This document shows, piece after piece, positions 48,717 through 56,743 of a stretch of 64,000 bases of DNA (within the stretch, counting starts at the first letter, position 1; each line of letters begins with the position of its first letter). The DNA lies in the NCBI GenBank assembly GCA_965207885.1, contig OZ242311.1, forward strand, positions 5,600,001-5,664,000, in the 5' to 3' direction. The stretch is from Candidatus Latescibacterota bacterium. GTDB lineage: Bacteria > Latescibacterota > UBA2968. Below the pieces are notes generated by a model. That model ran no database searches, was not told the origin of the DNA, and saw nothing but the letters and a program-made list of their open reading frames with translations. The translations under genes and the position numbers were made by a program.

Positions 48717-51254
48717 ATGAACATCACACTCCCCGAAATCTCCCTCGTCGTCCTCATCGGCGTATCTGGTTCTGGCAAATCCACATTTGCCAAAACCCAC
48801 TTCAAACCGACCGAAGTCCTCTCCTCCGACTACTTCCGCGGACTCATCAGCGACGACGAAACCGATCAGACCATCACAAAAGAGGCATTTGAAACCCTCC
48901 ACTACGTGGCAGCCAAACGCCTCGCCAATTACAAACTCACCGTTATCGACGCCACCAGCGTACAGGAAAGTGCCCGCAAACCCCTCGTCGCACTGGCCAA
49001 ACAACATCACGTCTTCCCCATCGCCATCGTCCTCGACATGCCCGAAGACCTCTGCCGCGAGCGCAACAAACACCGCCCAGACCGCAACTTTGCGCATCGC
49101 GTTATCGCACAACAACGCCATCAACTCCGCCGCTCGTTCAGACGCCTCAAACGCGAGGGATTTCGCCGCATCTACACCCTGCGCTCAGAAGAGGAAATCC
49201 AGCGCGTGTGTGTCACACGCGAAAAAGTTTGGCCCAACCGCCGCGACGAACGCGGCCCCTTTGACATCATCGGCGATGTACACGGCTGTTACGACGAACT
49301 CCTCGCGCTACTCGACAAACTCGGCTACGACATTCAGTCCAACCATATAGCACCACCGCCAGGGCGCAAAGCCATCTTTCTCGGCGACCTCGTAGATCGC
49401 GGTCCCAAAACACCCCAGGTGCTCGACCTCGTCATGCAAATGGTCGATTCCGGCGGCGCCCTCTGCATCCCCGGCAATCACGACACGCGCCTCGTTCGCG
49501 CGCTACAGGGCAAAAAGGTCAGACCCACTTATGGCCTTTCCGAAACCCTCGAACAGCTCGAATCATATCCCATTGAAGACCACAAACGCTATGCAAAATT
49601 CCTCGACAGCCTCGTCAGCCACTACATACTCGACGACGGCAACCTCATCGTTGCACACGCCGGAATGAAAGAAGAACTCGCCGGACGCACCTCGGGCACC
49701 GTGCGCGCCTTCGCGCTATATGGCGAAACCACGGGTGAAACCGACGAATTTGGTCTCCCCATCCGCCTCAATTGGGCGGCGCGATATCGCGGCACAGCCA
49801 CCGTCGTCTATGGACACACCCCCGTATCCGATCCCGAATGGCTCAACAACACCATCAACATCGACACGGGCTGCGCCTATGGCGGCGCACTCACAGCCCT
49901 GCGCTATCCCGAAAAAGAATGCGTTTCCGTACCCGCGCTCAAAACATATAGCAAACCCTCGCGTCCTCTTACCTCTCAGACCACGCGCTCCGCACAGCAA
50001 ACGCACGACGACATGCTCGACATCGACGACGTCAGCGGCAAACGCGCTGTAGATACCTTTCTCATCCCGCGCATCACCATCCGCGAAGAACACGCCACAG
50101 CCGCACTCGAAATCATGAGCCGCTACGCCATCGACCCCAAATGGCTGATCTACCTGCCGCCGACCATGTCCCCATCAAAACCCAGTTCGCGTCCCAATAT
50201 CCTCGAACACCCCGATGAAGCTTATGCCTACTACAGAGAAAACAACATCACTCAGGTCATAGCAGAAGAAAAACACATGGGATCCCGCGCCATTGTCATC
50301 CTGTGCAAAAATGACGAAGTTGCCCGCACGCGTTTTGGCCTATCCGAACCCGCACCCGGCGCGTGCTATACCCGAACAGGCCGCGCCTTCTTTGACGATA
50401 CAGCCCTCGAAACCGCATTCCTTTCCCGTCTCCAAAACGCCGTCTCCAAAGCCAACCTCTGGAATAGCCTCAACACCACATGGATAGCTCTCGACTGCGA
50501 ACTCATGCCCTGGTCTGCGCGCGCACAACAACTATTGCAAGAACAATATGCAGCTGTCGGTGCCTCTGCCCGTGCCTCGCTCAACGCCACCATCGAGGCC
50601 CTCAACGCCACCGCGACCAACAACATCGACGTCGCCGATTGGCTCGCCAAATACAGAGCCAGTTCACAGCGCATCGACCACTACATCCACGCGTACCGCG
50701 CCTACTGCTGGCCCGTTCACAATCTCACAGACCTCAAACTCGCGCCCTTTCACATCCTCGCCACAGAAGGAAGCGTTCACCACAACCATCCACACACCTA
50801 TCACATGGAAACCCTCTCAAAACTGTGTGTGGCTGATCCCGAACTCCTCCATGCCACGTCATACCGCGTCGTCGATCTCAACGACACACAAAGTTGTGCC
50901 AACACCACTGCATGGTGGAAAGAAAAAACAGCACAGGGCAGCGAGGGCATGGTCGTCAAACCCATAGATTTTATTGCGCAAAATAAAAAAGGCCGGCTGA
51001 TCCAGCCCGCCATCAAATGCAGAGGACGCGAATACCTCCGCATCATCTACGGTCCCGAATACACCACCCCCGAAAATCTCGAAAAATTGCGCTGGCGCAA
51101 TGTCAAAACCAAGCAATCCCTCGCCCTGCGCGAATTTGCCCTGGGCCTCGAAGCCCTCAGCCGCTTCGTTCAAAACGAGCCCCTGCGCCGCATCCACGAA
51201 TGCGTCTTTGGCGTCCTCGCGCTCGAAACAGAGCCCGTGGATCCGCGGCTGTAG
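48717..51254 (+). CDS. pnkp: Polynucleotide kinase-phosphatase-ligase Pnkp
   Basis: Kinase 'GVSGSGKST'; phosphoesterase 'GDVHG', 'GDLVDRG', 'GNHD', 'GHTP'; ligase 'EEKHMGSR', 'EGMVVKP', 'KCRG'; C-terminal 'VDPRL'. Confidence 0.95.
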   Translation: MNITLPEISLVVLIGVSGSGKSTFAKTHFKPTEVLSSDYFRGLISDDETDQTITKEAFETLHYVAAKRLANYKLTVIDATSVQESARKPLVALAKQHHVFPIAIVLDMPEDLCRERNKHRPDRNFAHRVIAQQRHQLRRSFRRLKREGFRRIYTLRSEEEIQRVCVTREKVWPNRRDERGPFDIIGDVHGCYDELLALLDKLGYDIQSNHIAPPPGRKAIFLGDLVDRGPKTPQVLDLVMQMVDSGGALCIPGNHDTRLVRALQGKKVRPTYGLSETLEQLESYPIEDHKRYAKFLDSLVSHYILDDGNLIVAHAGMKEELAGRTSGTVRAFALYGETTGETDEFGLPIRLNWAARYRGTATVVYGHTPVSDPEWLNNTINIDTGCAYGGALTALRYPEKECVSVPALKTYSKPSRPLTSQTTRSAQQTHDDMLDIDDVSGKRAVDTFLIPRITIREEHATAALEIMSRYAIDPKWLIYLPPTMSPSKPSSRPNILEHPDEAYAYYRENNITQVIAEEKHMGSRAIVILCKNDEVARTRFGLSEPAPGACYTRTGRAFFDDTALETAFLSRLQNAVSKANLWNSLNTTWIALDCELMPWSARAQQLLQEQYAAVGASARASLNATIEALNATATNNIDVADWLAKYRASSQRIDHYIHAYRAYCWPVHNLTDLKLAPFHILATEGSVHHNHPHTYHMETLSKLCVADPELLHATSYRVVDLNDTQSCANTTAWWKEKTAQGSEGMVVKPIDFIAQNKKGRLIQPAIKCRGREYLRIIYGPEYTTPENLEKLRWRNVKTKQSLALREFALGLEALSRFVQNEPLRRIHECVFGVLALETEPVDPRL

Positions 51255-51272
51255 TCAGGAAGGAGGTCGCAA

Positions 51273-52433
51273 ATGTTTTTCAAAAAAGCATTCCTATTTA
51301 TTACCACCCTTGCGTTGCTGGCCTTTGTGGGGCAAGCCTCTGCTGGTCCAAATGCAAATGCTATGCTATCGCTCGATCTCATTCCCGATGGCGGGTCGGG
51401 CAACCAGACAGATGATGGCGTTACCTCAGGTACTATCTCTGGACAGGGCACAAAAATTGCCGTTGAAGTCTTCGCAAAAGGTGTGAGCACACCTCTCGCT
51501 GGCGTAGTCGTCATATTCGATTTTGATCCTGCTATTTTGACTTTTGACAAAGCCGAAAACAGTGCGTTCGCCTTTGTTGTTCCAGAACCAGACTCGACTG
51601 GCACAAACTTCGCATCTGCTACCCTTGTCACCCTGCCGGAATCCGGTTTTATAGCACGCGCTGAATTTACCACTGCAGTGGATGTAACGGATAAGGCATT
51701 TACCCTTGGCATTAAAATGGTTACACTTGCTCAAAGCGTGGCATTGATCGACGAAATCACAACGACAAATATCATATCGTTTAACGAGCCTACAAGTGGC
51801 GAATTTGAAGGCATGCTACTCCACCTCGACACACAAATTGAAACACCCGCTGTACAGAACAACAGACTGATCATACCCGAACAAACAGCAGGCGATACGA
51901 TACAATTCCAACTCTTTGTTCCAATGGCCGCAGACAAACAAACTTATGGCTACGAAATAGAACTCGACCTGCCAGACAAGACATTTTTCGACTACATCGG
52001 CAACATATCGGGCACGAGTTTTACAGGTGCATCCCTGCGCCAAACACCGGACCGTCCTGTCTTATCGGCACTGCTCATCTCTACCCCCACTGTACCAGCC
52101 AATGGTTATCTCGGTCAAATTGACCTGCAAGTGACCAACACCCTTGAATCCGAAACAACCCTCATTGTCAAAACCACTTTAATGGCCGACCTCAGTGGAC
52201 AACAGGACTCATTGGATGTGTCCAACGCCGTGATCACTGTTGCTATCATTTCCGGCGATTTCGATGGCGACCACGACGTTGACTTTTCCGATTTTCTCGC
52301 CTTTACCGGCGTTTTTGGATTATCATCATCAGATGCCAATTACGATGCCCGTATGGATATGAACGACGATGGTGTCATTAACTTTGCCGATTTTCTCATC
52401 TTTGTTAGCGTCTTTGGCACCACATACTCATAG
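51273..52433 (+). CDS. Secreted protein with cohesin-like domains and a C-terminal dockerin/EF-hand pair
   Basis: Signal peptide; 'FDFDPAILTF'; 'GDFDGDHDVDFSDFLAF...FG' and 'DMNDDGVINFADFLIF...FG'. Confidence 0.7.
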   Translation: MFFKKAFLFITTLALLAFVGQASAGPNANAMLSLDLIPDGGSGNQTDDGVTSGTISGQGTKIAVEVFAKGVSTPLAGVVVIFDFDPAILTFDKAENSAFAFVVPEPDSTGTNFASATLVTLPESGFIARAEFTTAVDVTDKAFTLGIKMVTLAQSVALIDEITTTNIISFNEPTSGEFEGMLLHLDTQIETPAVQNNRLIIPEQTAGDTIQFQLFVPMAADKQTYGYEIELDLPDKTFFDYIGNISGTSFTGASLRQTPDRPVLSALLISTPTVPANGYLGQIDLQVTNTLESETTLIVKTTLMADLSGQQDSLDVSNAVITVAIISGDFDGDHDVDFSDFLAFTGVFGLSSSDANYDARMDMNDDGVINFADFLIFVSVFGTTYS

Positions 52434-52463
52434 TGCCTGGAAAATACTGGGATGGAGATAACG

Positions 52464-52937
52464 ATGAAAACGCTCATTAAAAAAAAATACCCTTATCAAG
52501 CGGCTGGGCGGACCTGGGTCATTCCAGAATTTCATCTGTCTAAGTTACCGGACGGAACAATCGCCATCCTCGAATCGGAAATTAACCGCATTCACTACGC
52601 AATTGCCAACGAAATCTGTGGCAATAAAGAGGGCTTGACAAAAGAAGAACTGGAGTTCTTGTGCGACATTACCCAAACTTCATTTTCAGAAATCGCAGAT
52701 TATCTGGGCATTCATCGAAGCACACTAACCAAATGGCGGACCACAGGTCAAATCCCCAAAAATGTCATGGGATTGGTTCTAAAAAAATGGTTCTGGTTCA
52801 AGCTCTTTGGACAAAAATTGGGCCAGCGGAAAATACCCATTGCCCAACTCAGAGACGAAGTTAGATTTCTTTCCTTTGCAAAAGCAGAAGCGATCGAGAG
52901 AAATTTGGCTGAACATGTCGAAATAATGAAGGCTTAA
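52464..52937 (+). CDS. XRE/MqsA-like HTH protein
   Basis: 'LT..EL.FL......SFSEIADYLGIHRSTLTKW'. Confidence 0.6.
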   Translation: MKTLIKKKYPYQAAGRTWVIPEFHLSKLPDGTIAILESEINRIHYAIANEICGNKEGLTKEELEFLCDITQTSFSEIADYLGIHRSTLTKWRTTGQIPKNVMGLVLKKWFWFKLFGQKLGQRKIPIAQLRDEVRFLSFAKAEAIERNLAEHVEIMKA

Positions 52938-52984
52938 ATCAACTTAAACCGTCGAGCTACCGCTCACTTAAAAAAGGATGTCAC

Positions 52985-54274
52985 ATGCCAGATCGTCCCA
53001 ATATCCTCTTCATCATCACCGACCAGCAATTCGCCGGGGCCATGTCCTGTGCGGGCAACCCCGATGTACACACCCCAAATATGGACAGCCTCGCCCAAAC
53101 CGGCGTGCGTTTCACCCGCGCCTATTGCACGCATCCCCTGTGCGGTCCCCAGCGCGCCAGCTATATGACGGGCCTCTATCCTCATCAAAACGGCGCCACG
53201 AGCAACGGCACCCCGATCAAAGCCGAACACAAAGGCAAAACCCTCGGCAACTTTCTCAAAAACGCGGGCTACGATTGCGCCCTCTCGGGCAAATGGCACG
53301 TCCCGGGCACCACACCCGAAGAAAGCGGCCTCGAAGTCATCTGCGGCAACCGCGACGACGAAGTGCCCCTTCGCGCCATCGAATTTATGAAACGCGACCG
53401 CGACAACCCCTTCTTCCTCATCGCATCATTCCTCAATCCCCACGACATCTGCCAGGTCGCCCGCAGTCAGCCGCTTCCGCAAGGACCCGTACCAGAACCC
53501 GCAACCATAGAAGAATGCCCGAACCTGCCCGCGAACTTCGCCATCCCACCCTACTCACCCGACATCCTGCAAATGCTGCGCCAGGCCAACCGCCGCGTCT
53601 ATCCCACCATCGAATACACCGAAGACGACTGGCGACGCCTCCGCTTCCTCTATTATCGCCTGTGCGAAAAAGTCGATGCCGAAATCGGCGTCCTCCTCAA
53701 CGGCTTGCGCGACCTGGGCCTCGAAGACGATACGTACATCGTCTTCACCTCAGATCACGGCGACGGACACGGCGCACACAATTGGAATCAAAAAACCAGC
53801 CTCTACGAAGAAGTCATCAACATCCCATTCATCATCAGCCACAAAGGCGTCACGCAACCCGGCGGCGTCAACGACACGCACCTCGTCTCCCTCGGCCTCG
53901 ACCTGCTCCCCACCTTATGCGACATAGGCAGTGCGAGCATACCCGATGGCCTCGACGGATTGAGCCTGCGGTCTCTCGCAGAAGGCAACACATCTGGCGA
54001 ATGGCGTGACGACCTCGTCGTTGAAACCATCATCGACCTCGGTTCTGGTCCAGGCGGTAGCGGTGCTTCGCGCGCCGTCCTCACCGACCGCTACAAATAC
54101 AGCGCCTTTCCCATGGGCCGCCACCGCGAACAACTCATCGACCTCCAAGACGACCCCGGCGAAATGGTCAACCTCGCCGTCAACTCGCGTTTCAAAAATG
54201 AACTCGACGACCACCGCCGCCGCCTGCGCGACTGGTGCGAAAAAACAAATGATAGGTCTTTTACAGGTGTATAG
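52985..54274 (+). CDS. Sulfatase (choline-sulfatase-like)
   Basis: 'PNILFIITDQ', 'CGPQRAS..TG', 'GKWH', 'NPHD', 'TSDHG'. Confidence 0.92.
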   Translation: MPDRPNILFIITDQQFAGAMSCAGNPDVHTPNMDSLAQTGVRFTRAYCTHPLCGPQRASYMTGLYPHQNGATSNGTPIKAEHKGKTLGNFLKNAGYDCALSGKWHVPGTTPEESGLEVICGNRDDEVPLRAIEFMKRDRDNPFFLIASFLNPHDICQVARSQPLPQGPVPEPATIEECPNLPANFAIPPYSPDILQMLRQANRRVYPTIEYTEDDWRRLRFLYYRLCEKVDAEIGVLLNGLRDLGLEDDTYIVFTSDHGDGHGAHNWNQKTSLYEEVINIPFIISHKGVTQPGGVNDTHLVSLGLDLLPTLCDIGSASIPDGLDGLSLRSLAEGNTSGEWRDDLVVETIIDLGSGPGGSGASRAVLTDRYKYSAFPMGRHREQLIDLQDDPGEMVNLAVNSRFKNELDDHRRRLRDWCEKTNDRSFTGV

Positions 54275-54313
54275 TTTTACCGCTTAAATCTTTACCTTAA
54301 CAGGAGTTCCAAA

Positions 54314-55075
54314 ATGGCCGAAAACCTGCTCAAAAATAAACTCTCCGATGGCGGCGTTGCCATCGGACCCTTCGTCAACCTCAGCTCTGGCGCGCTCATC
54401 GAAATCGCGGCATACAGCGGATTTGACTTTGTCATCCTCGACACCGAACACGGGCCGCTCGACATTCCCACCTGCGAAGACCTCTGCCGCGTTGCACACG
54501 GCGTCGATATCACACCCATAGTCAGAGTCCGAGAAAATGATCCCGCACAGATCCTGCGCGCCCTCGACATAGGCGCTGGCGGCGTACAGGTACCGCAAAT
54601 CTGCAACAAAGCCGATGCCGAAGCCGTTGTACGAGCAGCCAAATATTCACCGCTGGGCATGCGGGGTGTCTCGCCCTATACCCGAGCAGCACGTTATTTT
54701 GCAGATGGTGGCGCCATATTTGAACGCCTCAATGCCTCATCGATGATACTCATCCATATCGAAGGCGTGGAAGGTCTTGAAAACCTCGAAGAAATCATCT
54801 CCGTTCCGGGTCTCGACGTCATCTTCCTGGGACCTTATGACCTCTCGCAATCTCTCGGCATACCCGGCCAGGTCAACGACCCGCGCGTGGTTGACCGAAT
54901 GCGCGAAGCCGCAAACTTAATCAACGACGCCGGACTCACCGTCGGCACATTTGCCGACTCTCCCGAAGCCGCCAACCGCTGGATTGACGCGGGCGTGGGC
55001 TACATCTCGCTCTCCGTTGACACGGGCATCTACCTCTACGGCTGCCGCCACATCCTTCGGGAAATCCGCACCTGA
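54314..55075 (+). CDS. HpcH/HpaI aldolase family (GarL-like)
   Basis: 'DFVILDTEHG', 'LD.GA.GV.VP', 'P.G.RG', 'GPYDLS'. Confidence 0.9.
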   Translation: MAENLLKNKLSDGGVAIGPFVNLSSGALIEIAAYSGFDFVILDTEHGPLDIPTCEDLCRVAHGVDITPIVRVRENDPAQILRALDIGAGGVQVPQICNKADAEAVVRAAKYSPLGMRGVSPYTRAARYFADGGAIFERLNASSMILIHIEGVEGLENLEEIISVPGLDVIFLGPYDLSQSLGIPGQVNDPRVVDRMREAANLINDAGLTVGTFADSPEAANRWIDAGVGYISLSVDTGIYLYGCRHILREIRT

Positions 55076-55095
55076 CCTACCATCGCAATAAACAG

Positions 55096-55134
55096 AAAAA
55101 GGAGACACCGTCCGCCTGGTATCTCCTTTTTTTT
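55096..55134. terminator. Bidirectional intrinsic terminator (related copy at 56245-56277)
   Basis: AAAAAGGAGACACC..GGTATCTCCTTTTTTTT. Confidence 0.85.
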
Positions 55135-55329
55135 CATCATAAGCTCTCGGGGGTATCGTGAGTGCTGATGGCTTTATTCGCCTGCACAATTTTTTATAAA
55201 AAAAAGACAGTCAAGGGGAGACCTTGCTCCCGCGGTCCAATAGGTCAGACCTCTCGACTGTGCTGACAATTTTACTCAAAATCTATGTTCAATTCCCGTT
55301 TTCCAACGGGACGGGCTTTGGAAAATCGC

Positions 55330-55680
55330 TTAACCCTTGATGTAGGTCATAAAACTGAGGATAATAACCGCGACTGCAATGAGCAGAGACAACCATTTTA
55401 TGGTTTGCCCTTCCACGCGATTGATATCGCTTTTTAAATTGGTCTCCACGCGGTTAATATCGTTTTTTAAGGTACTTTCCAAGCGATTAAAGCCCGCGTT
55501 CATCTGGGTGATCAGTTGCTCAAAACGGTTGATCGTCTGATCTTCTATACGGTTAATATCTTTTGTGTTCTGTTCGGTCTGGTCGTCAAGCCCAACCCCA
55601 TTTTTTTCAATATTAATTAACCGCTGGTCTTGTTCGGCCACTTTTTTTTCAAGCCGTGCTATCTTCTCGGAATCTGTCAT
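55330..55680 (-). CDS. Small coiled-coil protein with C-terminal TM helix (DUF1640/Bdr-like)
   Basis: Repeated 'KxDINRVE' units; hydrophobic C-terminus 'IKWLSLLIAVAVIILSF'. Confidence 0.7.
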   Translation of the reverse strand: MTDSEKIARLEKKVAEQDQRLINIEKNGVGLDDQTEQNTKDINRIEDQTINRFEQLITQMNAGFNRLESTLKNDINRVETNLKSDINRVEGQTIKWLSLLIAVAVIILSFMTYIKG

Positions 55681-55752
55681 GACAATTCATCTTCCCTTTT
55701 TGTTTTGATACCCCTGATTTGACCACCGATACAGGTTAGACCTCTTGACTAT

Positions 55753-56180
55753 GTCAACTACCACCTGCTGAGCAGGTAGCTTGTCCCTGCCACACCTCCC
55801 GGTGCTTGACCCACCCATTGGAGGCAATGCAGCATATCCGAGCAAGGGCTTAGTGTTAAACCACTCACTGCGTGGCGAGACTTCAGGGCCGTTGACAGCA
55901 GCGGGTTGCGACCGCAGGTTTGGGTGGTCAGTCCCCTAACTGTGCCCCTCGGCTTTGCCAACAACACACCTGCAACCCATACGCCGTTGCTGACAAACCC
56001 GCCTTTCACTAACGTCACAGAAAGGATTTTGTTGCTATCCCACAACCGAAACCGTTTGCTCTCACAAGAGAGTGCCTTTGTGTGGGCCGTGATAGCAATT
56101 ACAATATACTCTCAAAACGGCTTAACGGCAAAGCCGATTATCTCTGACCACGCCCAAAGGACGTGGCTTCTGGAGGAAAA
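55753..56180 (-). mobile_element. Non-autonomous IS200/IS605-derived element (428 bp) with TnpB omegaRNA-like 3' region
   Basis: Minus strand: target TCAC | LE with GAAG + hairpin CCACGTCC-TTT-GGGCGTGG; RE with CAAG + hairpin CTACCTGC-TCA-GCAGGTGG ... TTGAC. The joined flanks match an unoccupied paralogous site at 55242-55285; no TSD. Confidence 0.8.
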
Positions 56181-56244
56181 GTGATAATTTTACTCAAAAT
56201 CTACATGCAAATCAAGGGCGATTGCGATAAATATTTGGAAATGC

Positions 56245-56277
56245 AAAAAGGAGATACCGCCTGGCATCCCCTTTTTT
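56245..56277. terminator. Intrinsic terminator downstream of the TIR gene
   Basis: AAAAAGGAGATACC-gcct-GGCATCCCCTTTTTT. Confidence 0.65.
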
Positions 56278-56315
56278 ATTTTTTTATGGCATCCTTCGCC
56301 ATATTTAATGCCTTA

Positions 56316-56636
56316 TTAAACCGGTGCTTGCAACACAAGGTTAGGCCGCTTAAGTCGTTCCTCGGCATTCTCAATCGGCCAATTCACAATATCTATTCCC
56401 GCGCCTTTAGCCCAGGCTAACTCACGTTTGACCCATTCTGAACGCCGCGAATTTGGCGAATCAAAAAGAAGTACGCTCGAAGATTTGCTAAGAGCCTGAC
56501 GAATTTGATCATCCATAGGTGCATCCAGATTGAGATGCTCGGAATCAATCCACACATCGCGACCCATACCTGCCAATTGCTTTGTCACGTCATGGACAAC
56601 TTCGGCGTCACGCCAAGAATAACAGATGAATATCAT
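56316..56636 (-). CDS. Stand-alone TIR domain protein
   Basis: 'IFICYS..D', 'VWID', 'I..AL..S...L...S.NS..SEWV.REL' with the catalytic Glu retained. Confidence 0.85.
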   Translation of the reverse strand: MIFICYSWRDAEVVHDVTKQLAGMGRDVWIDSEHLNLDAPMDDQIRQALSKSSSVLLFDSPNSRRSEWVKRELAWAKGAGIDIVNWPIENAEERLKRPNLVLQAPV

Positions 56637-56743
56637 GCGTCACCATCTTCCTTTTGCTGATACTTGTGAACCAGGCAGTTGCCTTTCCATCTGTGTCTAT
56701 CTGCGTTCATCCCTGTTTTCACAGGGACATGCCTGCGGATAAC

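Noticed and set aside
55758-56184. ORFs 55758-56045 (-) and 55906-56184 (+)
   Set aside because: They lie inside the IS200/IS605-derived structured element and show no protein motifs.
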